DNA of 27,289 nt, from NCBI RefSeq assembly GCF_006345805.1, contig NW_021833398.1, forward strand, positions 1 through 27,289, written 5' to 3'. The notes beneath the pieces are model-generated. The model saw nothing but the letters and a program-made list of their open reading frames with translations, was not told the DNA's origin and did not search any database. Both the position numbers and the translations under genes were made by a program. The first letter of the stretch is position 1. Each line of letters begins with the position of its first letter. Source of the stretch: Octopus sinensis (taxonomy: Eukaryota). Shown here piece after piece: positions 10,111-20,035 of this stretch.

Positions 10111-10203
10111 ACGTGTGTGAGAGTGTAGTATGATACGTGTGTATTTGTGTTATTACTTGCGATTGCATGTGTGTGAACACCGTGAGTGTTAAAATTGAAA
10201 AAG

Positions 10204-10329
10204 ACACACACACACACACACACACACATATATTAAATTTATACATACATATATATAATACACACACACACACACTCTCTCTCTCTCTCTCTCACACTCT
10301 CTCTCTCTCACACACACACACACCACACA

Positions 10330-10375
<46 letters not shown>

Positions 10376-10597
10376 TAACATACACGTACATATATATGTT
10401 TTCAGTGCCATACACGCATACGCACGCGTAGTTACACATACAGTTCCATATAAACGTACACAAATGCATACACAAACGCAGACACACATATACACACACG
10501 CAGTGTGTGTATATGTGTACCTACATATTCACTGCTGTGCACACAGTATGTATGTATGTATGTATGTATGTATGTATGTATGTATGTATTATGTATG

Positions 10598-10633
<36 letters not shown>

Positions 10634-10635
10634 AT

Positions 10636-10668
<33 letters not shown>
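10204..10668. repeat. Compound (AC)n/(TC)n/(TATG)n/(AT)n block, including copy 1 of a ~220-bp dispersed duplication
   Basis: Read directly. Positions 10330-10548 align with 11490-11725. Confidence 0.85.
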
Positions 10669-12272
10669 CCACTTCGGCAATGCGTACATGTGTGTACGTG
10701 TGTAATAGAGTGTTGTCATGAGTATGCCATATGCATTTACGACTAGTGTGTGGAGTATACATGCGTGTGTGACAAATTAGACGATATCTCATTTCATTTA
10801 TTATACACCCGTATGTATGTATGCATGTATATATGTATGTGAATGTGTATATATGTATATGTATATGTGTATATGTATATGTATGTATGTATGTATGTAT
10901 GTATATATATTACAGCTTATTTGTGTATGTTTGCGTGCGTGTTGAAACAGCATCATGCTGCGGACTTCGTATATGTGTTTGCGTGAGTTATATACTAGTT
11001 ATCTATTCGTATGGGCAAGTGTATATATATATATATGTTTTGCCCTGTGTTAGCGGTTCTGTGTGTTGATGTGTGGGACATAGCATTTGTGTGCGTATGT
11101 CTATACGTATATTGTGTGTGGGTGAGTGTAAATACCATTGCGTGCAAGTATAAAGGGTGCACTTGTGTAAAATTCTGCGTGTATGTTTTTATGTGTGTGT
11201 GTGTGGTGTGTGTGTGTGTGTGTGTGTGTGCATGCGTGTGTTTGTGTGTATTTGTTTGTTCGTGTGTGCGTAGAAGAAAGCTATAATGATATTACTATTC
11301 GTGCAAACCATCTCTTCCATGTGAAGAGATGGTTTGTTAAAAGATATGTCTACGTCAACAACTATAAATGGCTGCTGAAATGATAACAGCCGTAACGAAA
11401 GCTTGTTAAAATGGCTGCTTACGAACACTCCTCTGTCATTGTAATTACTGGCTGACATGTTAATTCTTGAACACGACACCTACCCATCTCGCACTCTCAC
11501 TCTCCCCCCTCTCTCTCTCTCTCCCTTACACACACATCAACACACACGTACATATATATGTATTCAGTGCCAGACACGCATACGCACACGTAGTTACACA
11601 TATATAGTTCCATATAGACATACACAAGTACATACACAAACACATATACATACACACACACACACACCACACACACAGTGTGCAAACAGATGTACATACT
11701 TATTCACTGCTGCGCACACAGACAGAGGCATGCACGTAGACACAAGCTCAAGCATATCATCACATATACCCAACACTTAGGAATACGTATACATATACAC
11801 ACGCTCACGTATGCGCACACTAACACACAGATGTATACAAATGCACTTTTAAGAGCCATATTCCCTCTAATATGGAATTGGCTATGAAGGAAACGAAACA
11901 CCAATGAGAAACCAAATGAGTTATGAACATCACAAACCAAACCCGATGCCGTCTTCTCAGCTTTGGGGCAGTCTTTTATGTGTTTCTGTTTCACATTTTC
12001 TTCTTTAGAATATATGAGTGCATAAGACAAACTTGCGGAAGAAGTGCTTTCAGTTGTTTTATCGGAGGACTAGGGACGATTGAATGAAGTACCGTAAACA
12101 CGCTTAGGTCAAAGTGAAGTATCATTACCATATCTAGATATGTTTTCCATAAGATTAACAGATAGTAGTTATAGTTGCCTTCAAGCTCACAATCAGCTTT
12201 TCAGAGAACAAATTCGATCCCTACCAGGTTATGATCTAAATATCATATCTGGACAGGAATCCAGATACTGCA

Positions 12273-12889
12273 ATCTTAACGTACCATCCAACCACCCTGC
12301 TCCTCCAACACACCATTCTCCGAGCCTTCCGGCGACTCCAGTCCGACCCCACCACCTCGCACATCTTCCCCAACCTGCCCCGCCTCTCCTTCAAACGAGC
12401 CCACAACCTGCCTGACCTGGTCCACAGTTTCTTCCATTAACCCACCTCCCAACTTGGCTCGTTCCCCTGCTCCCGCCCACGCTGTCCAACTTGCCCCTAC
12501 CTCTCGAATACCACCATTATCGTCCCTATCATATCACCGACTCCTTTACTTCCACTTCTAGCAACGTCATTTACTGCATCTGGTGCTCTTTCTGCTCTTC
12601 TCTGGACGTCGGTCAAAGGGGACGCAGCTTGGCTGACCGGTTCGCGGAGCACCTCCGAGACATCAGACTCGGCGATGACACCCCGGTCTCACGCTATTTC
12701 TGCTCTACCGGTCATTCACTGCAACACTTATCTGTGTTCAGATTGTCTTTGCACAGGGGTTATCCGGATTCTCGCCTTCGCTGTGAACTGAAATTAATCT
12801 TCTCTCTTCGCTCCTTGCGCCACATGGGCTCAAGTCCCCTCCTCTCTCTTCATCTGACACCTACTACACTCCTATTCACCTTCTCTCTT
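12273..12889 (+). mobile_element. Penelope-like element (PLE) fragment: post-RT linker, Cys-rich motif and GIY-YIG endonuclease, decayed; Neptune-like
   Basis: One frame reads ILTYHPTTLLLQHTILRAFRRLQSDPTTSHIFPNLPRLSFKRAHNLPDLVHS...GSFPCSRPRCPTCPYLSNTT. A shifted frame continues YHITDSFTSTSSNVIYCIWCSFCSSLDVGQRGRSLADRFAEHLRDIR...PVSRYF...GHS...ELKLIFSL. VIY, CxxC, (Y)xG.T.R, R..EH and H..GH are PLE GIY-YIG hallmarks. A CxxxxCxxC linker is characteristic of the Neptune group. Stops and frameshifts are present and no RT is in the window. Confidence 0.9.
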
Positions 12890-13139
12890 CATTGATACCA
12901 TTTAACTGACGCTTTTAGTCGAACAAATTGACCCCAGTACTTATTCTTTGTAAGCCTCGTACTTATTCTATCGGTCTTTTTCCGAACCGCTAAGTAAATG
13001 GAGACTACCTCATCAACATCAGTTGCCAAGTGATGGTGGGGAGACAAACACAGACGCAGAAACGTATACATTCATACACATACACACACACACACACATA
13101 CACACACACATATACATATACTCATATATATATATATAT
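12890..13139 (-). mobile_element. Family B SINE, 3' half plus part of the central (CA)n/(TA)n tract
   Basis: The reverse complement contains ctgtgtttgtctccccaccatcacttggcaac...cttagcggttcggaaaaagaccgatagaataagtac...aagaataagtactggggtcaatttgttcgactaaa, matching 14815-14970 of the intact copy. Confidence 0.85.
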
Positions 13140-13281
13140 GAGGGGGTTGGTGACACAAACTTTCATTCACACTTTGAATTTGGTGATACTGGTAACGGCT
13201 TTAGCTCGCTCTGATACTGAGTTGAGATGGTGTCTTCTAGTACCTCGAAATTTAATATACAATTATTCATAATTGTAGTGT

Positions 13282-13372
13282 CCTACGCTGATGAGAAAAG
13301 AAGTTGGGTAAGACATAATTATCTAATTCTTATGCTTTCCTAAAACTTAATTTCGAAACGTACGTCCGTAGG
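13282..13372 (+). ncRNA. Type I hammerhead ribozyme (minimal stem III with palindromic loop, long stem II)
   Basis: Stem I is CCUACG (13282-87) paired with CGUAGG (13367-72), a perfect 6 bp. The core CUGAUGA lies at 13288-94. Stem II opens GAAA (13295-98)/UUUC (13351-54) and continues AAGUU/AACUU and CAUAA/UUAUG. GAAA lies at 13355-58. Stem III is A-U and C-G, closed by the palindromic GUAC loop (13360-63). The cleavage triplet GUC is at 13364-66. All conserved core nucleotides are present in the correct order. Cleavage activity has not been tested. Confidence 0.85.
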
Positions 13373-13581
13373 TAACTTAATATTGTATGATCGATTGTCG
13401 TCATTTCTTTCTCTCTTGCCTGTCTGTGTTTGCCTTTCAAGTGCTGGGGTTTTACTGAGATCTCCCTTTTAGTAGAAAGAATAGCTATAACTCTTTGACT
13501 GCTATTTCTAAATTCGGTGTGTGGTGAGGCAAATCGTTGCTAAACGCTTAATTACTTACTATATATATATATATATATACA

Positions 13582-13748
13582 TATACTATGGGCTTCTTTC
13601 AGTTTCCGTCTACCAAATCCACTCACAAGTCTTCGGTCGGCCCGAGGCAATAGTAAAAGACACTTGCCCAAGGTGGCACGCTGTGGAACTGAATCCGGAA
13701 CGATGTGGTTGGGAAGCAAGCTTCTTACCACACTGCCTCGTCTGCACC
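13582..13748 (-). mobile_element. Family B SINE, 5' half (tRNA-like head plus CORE-like motif)
   Basis: The reverse complement reads ggtgcagacgaggcagtgtggtaagaagcttgcttcccaaccacatcgttccggattcagttccacagcgtgccaccttgggcaagtgtc...gaaactgaaagaagccc. It has A/B-box-like motifs, and ccttgggcaagt resembles the CORE-SINE domain. It matches 14475-14640. Confidence 0.88.
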
Positions 13749-13927
13749 TACATACATACATACATATATACATACCTGTATGTATGTATTTATGTATTTA
13801 TACATGTATGTAATGATGAATTGGAATTCCTTATTGTAATTCTGTCGTACAACGCTTCTTACATTTAAACGCAGTCTTCGTTCATTTATATTTCGTTTTT
13901 GCAATATTTTCTTTTAATATCTGTGTC

Positions 13928-14100
13928 AGCAACGACGACAGCATCGACAATGCTCAAGATGCTGCTGCTTGTGGTTGTAATGATGATGATGATGATAATG
14001 AGGATGATTCTTTTTCTCTTCTTCATCATCATCTTCACCATCATAATCAACGACGGTCTCGTCGTCGTCGTCGTCGTCATTGTCATCGTCATCGTCATCA
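13928..14100. repeat. Trinucleotide low-complexity tract (GAT/CAT/CGT)n
   Basis: Read directly from the sequence. Confidence 0.85.
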
Positions 14101-14474
14101 TTTATGCATCCAACTGCTTGCATGTCTTTTCACTCTGTCAAACATTTATTTATATTCATACAATGACGGCTGCTGTTGAAAAGAGTTAATTTCAATGTTG
14201 ATGTCACGGCTGTGTTGGATAGTCTCTGCTGAATGAAGCTGCACATAGAGAAATCAGTATTCCGTCTCAGTAGTTTGTATAATGGCTTCACCGTTCTGTA
14301 ATTGTATCTTGGCTTTGAGTCGATGCTGAAGTGACGTTGATTGAGATTCTTAATCATTTGGATACCAAATAAGCAATTTGCTTCTATATGTGAAAATGTT
14401 AAAAAACTGAAATCAAGCTACCTGTTGATTTTCATTGCGTCGCCTCCCTTACAAACAGATTTAGAAAAACATTT

Positions 14475-14652
14475 ACAGACCTGGCTGTGTGGTAAGAAGC
14501 TTGCTTCCCAACCACATGATTCTGCTTTCAGTCGCACTGCGCGGCACTTTGGGCTGGTGTCTTCCACTATAGCGTCAGGCTGACCATAGCCTTGTGAGTG
14601 GATTTGGCAGACGAAAACTGAAAGAAGCCCATCGTATACGCACACACACACG

Positions 14653-14684
<32 letters not shown>

Positions 14685-14755
14685 CACACACACGCGCACA
14701 CACACACACGCACACACACGCACACATACACACACACAAAAATATATATATATAA

Positions 14756-14803
<48 letters not shown>

Positions 14804-15030
14804 GTGTGTCTTTGTGTCTGTGTTTGCACGCCCCCATTGGCGCTTGGCAACCGGTGTTGGTGTGTTTACGCCGTCGTAACCTAGCGGTTCGATAAAAAGT
14901 GACCGATTGAATAAGTACCGGGTTTCATAAAAAAAAAAGAAATAAGTACTGGGTCGACTCATTCGACTAAAGATCCTTCAAAGTGGTGCTCCAGCATGGC
15001 CGCAGTCAAATGACTGAAACAAGCAAAAGA
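14475..15030 (+). mobile_element. Family B SINE, full length, with a central (CA)n(AT)n(GT)n microsatellite
   Basis: Head tggctgtgtggtaagaagcttgcttccc; 5' half ending gaaagaagcccatcgtata; microsatellite at ~14638-14810; 3' half ending ccagcatggccgcagtcaaatgactgaaacaagcaaaaga. Confidence 0.9.
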
Positions 15031-15045
15031 CTATACATAAACATT

Positions 15046-15100
15046 TACGGTGGTGCTCCAGCATGACCGCAGGCGCATGGCTGAAACGAATAATAGAATG
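15046..15100 (+). mobile_element. Family B SINE, extra tail fragment
   Basis: ggtggtgctccagcatgaccgcagg...gctgaaacgaataatagaa repeats the tail that just precedes it. Confidence 0.7.
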
Positions 15101-15146
15101 CACACACACACACACACAACACACACACACACACACACGCACACAT

Positions 15147-15397
15147 CTGCGATGATTTCATCTCAATCGAAGGAAAGGGGCTTTCTCCGTCCGGGTTGCG
15201 GATCCGTGGAATAAACTGCCGGACGAGATGGTGAAGATGTCGACGACCGCTCGGTTCAAAGTCTCCCTTGACCACAAGTGGCCTGAACTCTTTACATGAA
15301 CACCACCCTGTACATAACTCCATGTCCCCCTACATAGCCTTGCTTTTGGCTTTTTGAGCCAAAAAATTAACTAACTAACTGACTGACTAACTAACTA
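15147..15397 (+). mobile_element. CR1/L2-group LINE 3' end (5'-truncated) with (AACT)n tail
   Basis: Translates to FHLNRRKGAFSVRVADPWNKLPDEMVKMSTTARFKVSLDHKWPELFT*, matching the CR1-type C-terminal FS.RV...WN.LP...FK..LD motif. A short 3' UTR and the tail ttaactaactaactgactgactaactaact follow. Confidence 0.88.
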
Positions 15398-15634
15398 CAC
15401 ACACACACAAAACACACGCACATGTACAAATAGTTTGGTGTACAGAAACATGTAGACAGAAGAGCACACACATTCACATTTATTCTCACAAATACATAAT
15501 GAGATATTAGAGATTACTATTGTGTCATACATGGATATGCAGCATCGTGTACACGTATATTTATACGAGCAAGTGTGGAGGTAGAGTAAGAAGTTTCCTT
15601 GCTAAAAATGCATAGGCTACCGTTTGCGCCTACA

Positions 15635-15925
15635 CACGTGTGTGTCCGCGTGTGCGTGCACGTTCGTGTGCGCGCATTTGCGTGTGCGTGCGTTTTCTTG
15701 CGCGTGCGCGTGTATGTGTGTGCGTGTTTGCGTGCGTACAAATATGTGCGTGTGTGTGCGCCCGGGCATATGCGTATGCGTGAATTTGCATGTGCGTGCG
15801 TTTGCGTGTGCGTGTATGTGTGCGTGTGTATGTGCGTGCGCGGTCGAGTTTGTGCACGAGTGCGTGCGTTTGCGCGCGTGTTGTGTGTGTGTGTGAGTGT
15901 GTGCGTGTGCGTACGTGTGTGTGTT
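15635..15925. repeat. Degenerate (GTGC)n/(GT)n microsatellite
   Basis: Read directly from the sequence. Confidence 0.85.
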
Positions 15926-16132
15926 TGCTTTTGTGTCTGTCTTTGTCTCACACCACCTTTTGAGAAACGGTATTGGTCCCCGTAACCTAGCGAATCATCA
16001 AAACAGTCCGACAAAATAAATATCAAACTTAAAATCACGAGTATAAGCTTCGATATGTTCAGCTAAAATTCATCAAGGCGGTGTTCCAACATGGCCGCAG
16101 TCTAATTACTGAAAGAACTGGAACGTAAAATA
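15926..16132 (+). mobile_element. Family B SINE, 3' half, diverged
   Basis: tttgtgtctgtctttgtctcacaccacc...ccccgtaacctagcg...caaggcggtgttccaacatggccgcagtctaattactgaaa. Confidence 0.75.
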
Positions 16133-16139
16133 TGTCTAT

Positions 16140-16167
16140 GCACATACACACACACATGCATATATAC

Positions 16168-16218
<51 letters not shown>

Positions 16219-16431
16219 ATATATATATATGTATGTGGTGTGTGTATGTATGTATGTATATACACACACACACACACACACAACACACACACACACATAT
16301 ATATATATATTCTTCAGACATATTGACGCAAATATATATATTTTTTAACCTTAAGCCTTCTGTAGTTTTTCACTTTTTACTATTTTCTATATATTCAACC
16401 ACATGCTTTCACAAACCAATTTTCTTATCTA

Positions 16432-16485
<54 letters not shown>
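16140..16485. repeat. (AT)n/(AC)n microsatellites
   Basis: Two blocks, at ~16140-16310 and ~16430-16485. Confidence 0.85.
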
Positions 16486-16486
<1 letters not shown>

Positions 16487-16509
16487 GCATATACAAATGG
16501 AACATAAAC

Positions 16510-17150
16510 GCAATAGGGGACAATAAAATCTTCGAACAAATAGACGTACAAAGGCGGACAACAGAAACAAAAATTAGAAGGACAGGCAAAAAAGACGGGT
16601 CATTCGTGGCTTTCTTTCCTCGGTCAAGTACCAGAAGTCACGACCATTTCGGCCAGTTACACTTCAGATGGTTCGATCTAGTTGCCCCCAGAAAAGTCTA
16701 AGCTAAGAGCATTAGACCCTTTTTGAAGAAAGCTGGCGAATGTTTACGGCAACAAAGACACACAAAACAAACAAACAAACAAACAAAAAACGGAGACCAT
16801 TATCCATCTTTCTTTTCCTGCTCTGAAGTTCAAAAGACTGGACGTTTTTTTTCTCTCTCTTCTATTTTTTATCTTCTCCCATCGTTCACTATTTTCTTCT
16901 CGTCCTGGTCTAACGACTCTCCATGTTTGTTTCCTTTCGGTTTCCTTGTATGTCTCCACTGTCCTATTTTTGTTTCCGACTTTGACCCTCCACAAATCCT
17001 AAATTCTATTTTAGAATTTATGGGAGCAGTTGTTTTTGAAGACTCATACTGTTGTTGAATGCTTGAAATGAGGAGTAGATAGACAGCCGACAACAGATGA
17101 AGGGTCCTTTCTCTCTGTTTACTTGTCCTGTTTTCCATTTTTTTCTCTTG
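16510..17150. mobile_element. Probable unclassified interspersed repeat(s)
   Basis: The segments ...ctaagctaagagcattagac... and ...gaaatgaggagtagatagacagccgacaac... resemble recurrent octopus repeats from my recollection only. There is no coding signal. Confidence 0.3.
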
Positions 17151-17639
17151 TTCACGTATTTAACTAATTTGTTTATATATTTCATGTTGCTTGCACAGTT
17201 GGTGACGTCCTGTACCCATATATGCATAGATATATATACACACACAAGTGAGTGGATAAACGAAAGAAAGCACTCAACAAATTTATTGGATCAAAATAGT
17301 TTTATCACCTTCGTTTCAAAGATGATGCTAATTTTTCAGCCATTTCTGATTTGGAATATACACGAATTTGAATCAAAATGTCGATCACTAGCTATAACTG
17401 ACATTATTTGGTATTTACTCTTATTATATATTATACCTGAAGATTGACTATAACCATAACTCGAATTATTACGAATTGGACAGCCATGAAACGATCGTAG
17501 TGTTTTACTCATTATCTTTTATTAAACTTTTAATACTTTTGATATATATTTAAAATAATATAAATTAATTAATTTTATGTATTGGCTTAAGTTTTTCATT
17601 GTTTGATATTTGCCTAATAGTGGTTTTATCTCTAATTTA

Positions 17640-17675
<36 letters not shown>

Positions 17676-18042
17676 CAAGAAAGAAGTTTAAAATAATTGT
17701 CATTACATATCTTTCCTTTATTGGGGCAAATTTGACTTCCAGCAGTCATTATAGGTACATTACTGATAAATAATGTACCTATAATGAGTACTGGAAACAA
17801 TTGTAAGTCAAATTTGCTCCAATAAAGGAAAAATATGTAATGACCATTATTTTTAACATGTTTCTTATATATCACTCTGTGTAAAAACCAGTTTGTCTGA
17901 TGCCCATCTACGGATTTACAATATAGAATTGTAAGGAACCGTAACCTACCACAAGACTACCGGAAGTTCATCACTAATGTTAGCCTGGTGTGTCAACAGA
18001 AGACTTATGAAGTATTTTTCTCGGCGTTCCGTTCAAGGAGAA

Positions 18043-18160
18043 ATGTTGGCTTACCCACTTAATCAGCGTGGTTGAATCATTCGGAAGTTACAACAATGCG
18101 AGTAAGTGCATTGTGGCTAGTGGTGTATAACGAAATTCGATAATCTGGTTGATACAAGGA
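18043..18160 (+). mobile_element. Diverged copy of the 1094-1251 repeat family
   Basis: cttaatcagcgtggttgaatcattcggaagttacaacaatgcga...gcattgtggctagtggtgtataac...gataatctggttga aligns with cttagccagcggggtagcatcattcgaaggctaaaacaatgcga...gcattgtgaccagcgatgtgtaac...gatggtctggtcgg. Confidence 0.65.
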
Positions 18161-18176
18161 TTACATATATAGCGTC

Positions 18177-18570
18177 ACTCTTTACCTAAACAGATTATCA
18201 TTATTACTTCGACATTAATGCACTGTATATCATACTATTAGTCTGGCAACGTACATCAATCAACATACATTATCATTATTATGATAGATCAGTCATACTG
18301 ACATTAACAAACACTATATCATATAGATAATGTAACTCTTTACATAAACAAACATTATCATTATTACTTTGACATTAACGCATTGCTTATCATACATTTA
18401 CTATGGCACTATACATCAATCAACATAATATAGTACTATTACATTTCATTAGTCTCATTGACATTAATAAATACTATATCATACCATGAACGTAACGCTT
18501 TATATCAATATACAGTATATACAGTACATATATTGTCGCTTTACGTTAATTACATTTGACATTAGCATAC
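18177..18570. repeat. Diverged ~158-160-bp tandem repeat (about 2.4 units)
   Basis: Units start at 18177 (actctttacctaaac), 18335 (actctttacataaac) and 18495 (acgctttatatcaa). They share attatcattattactt-gacattaa and tacatcaatcaacata. Confidence 0.75.
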
Positions 18571-18578
18571 TGTATACA

Positions 18579-18609
<31 letters not shown>

Positions 18610-18730
18610 CATATAAATTTGGCACGGGCGATTTTTTCTTGTCTTGGGATTTACGGTCAAACGGCTAGGTGGAATTGCGTGAATAATTACACAGATTTGT
18701 AGAATGATCCGGTGGTGATGCTGGGCTTTG

Positions 18731-18962
18731 TATTTTTTTCATAGTTCCTATGATTACCGAGATAATCTACAATAATAATACTCTTGTGTTTATGAATGAG
18801 AAAGGAAGGGGTGATAGATGAATACGGAAGGAAGGGGTGATGTCATATTTTTTTTTTACTCCCATGGTTACCGAGATAATCTACTTTTATAATACTCTAG
18901 TTTTTATGGATGAGAAAGGAAGGGGGTGATAGATGAATAAGGAAGGAAGGGCTGATGTCTTA
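18731..18962. repeat. Tandem duplication of two ~114-bp units
   Basis: atgattaccgagataatctac (18750) and atggttaccgagataatctac (18864) are both followed by atgagaaaggaagggg(g)tgatagatgaata-ggaaggaaggg-tgatgtc. Confidence 0.9.
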
Positions 18963-19380
18963 CTTGGTAGTGGGATGATGAAAATTGTACGCTGAAAAAA
19001 TAAATTAAACAGCGTTTCACCTCTGTGAATATATGTGTGTGTTTTGTAAACGGGGGCACGTAAATGAGTGTGTATGTGAGTGTGTGTGTGCTTGTGTGTG
19101 TGTTTGTGTGTGTGTTTGTGTGCGTGCGTGTGCGCGTGCAATGGAAGTGGGATAGTTCATCTTTGTTCGCTTAGTATTAGGGTTTATTTTTTGATTTGGT
19201 TGAATCTTGGTTGTTTTTTTTATGTTTGTCTGTTATTTTTAGTGTTTTGACAGAAAGAAGTAATTCTAAGATTGTTTTTTAACGTAAGCGTGCCCAAACA
19301 AGTCGAATGCTTATACAGAGCATGTTTTACGGCCACATCATCCAAACCGACCGGGTAAAACCGGGCTTTGCTACTAGGAA

Positions 19381-19414
<34 letters not shown>

Positions 19415-19469
19415 TATATATAATACTGTTAATACGACACTGCACAAAAACGTTATGAATAATACATTT

Positions 19470-19730
19470 CGTTAATCACATTAACATTAACAAATGCTAA
19501 GACTTAATGCTCATGTAACTCTTCACATAAACATACTTTATAATTACTACATCAAATTCATTATACTGTGAATGTAACACTGTACATCAACATATATTAT
19601 CATTATTATTTCAATCACATTGACATTTTATTACATTATATCATTCCACTATTACGTTTTTTTCATCCACATTCAGTACCATTGGTTAATCAAGAACATT
19701 GAAATACTATTACAATGACATTACCCATCG
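19470..19730. repeat. Dispersed, further diverged copy of the 18177-18570 satellite-like unit
   Basis: tgtaactcttcacataaaca (19514-33) differs from tgtaactctttacataaaca (18331-50) at one position. It also contains cactgtacatcaacata and cattattat. Confidence 0.65.
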
Positions 19731-19734
19731 ACAT

Positions 19735-19760
19735 ATATTATTATTATAGTTATTATTATG

Positions 19761-19817
<57 letters not shown>

Positions 19818-19818
19818 T
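19735..19818. repeat. (TAT)n microsatellite
   Basis: Read directly from the sequence. Confidence 0.95.
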
Positions 19819-19992
19819 AGCATTTCGTTCGTCTTTATGTTCTCAGTTCAAATTCCGCCGAGGTCGATTTTGCCTTTCATCCTTTCAATCAACTATGTAC
19901 CAGTTGAGCACTGGGGTCAATGTAATCGACTTACAGCCACCCTCGAAATTACTGGCCTTGCGCCAGAATTTGAAACAATTTGAAACAAATTA
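19817..19992 (+). mobile_element. Family A SINE, 5'-truncated
   Basis: cagttcaaattccgccgaggtcgattttgcctttcatcctttc...gtaccagttgagcactggggtcaatgtaatcgact. Confidence 0.85.
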
Positions 19993-20035
19993 TTGTTACT
20001 ATTACTATTACTGTTGATTATGTTGTTGTTACAAA

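Noticed and set aside
9278-10273. Long ORFs of 186-295 aa (MYVC... and HTYI... repeats), plus similar ORFs throughout the window
   Set aside because: They are translations of (TATG)n, (AC)n and (AT)n repeats, which lack stops in several frames. There is no domain signal.
11370-11456. Box C/D snoRNA-like motifs (TGATAA...CTGA)
   Set aside because: The C box is imperfect, there is no terminal stem and no guide complementarity could be assessed.
13210-13262. Possible second hammerhead upstream of the real one (CUGAGUUGAG...CCUCGAAAUUUAAUA)
   Set aside because: The core spacing is non-canonical and no stem I pairing can be drawn. It would matter for a dimer model but is not supported.
16635-16673. 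Hammerhead-like string on the minus strand (AACCAU-CUGAAGU...GAAA-UG-GUC-GUGACUU)
   Set aside because: The core has U instead of the conserved A, stem II does not pair beyond one G-C, stem III has a 1-nt loop and stem I is mismatched. It is chance or a dead relic.
17089-17130. GACAA-CAGAUGA...UUGUC, suggestive of a hammerhead
   Set aside because: CUGA is mutated, and there is no GAAA or stem III between the putative stem I strands.
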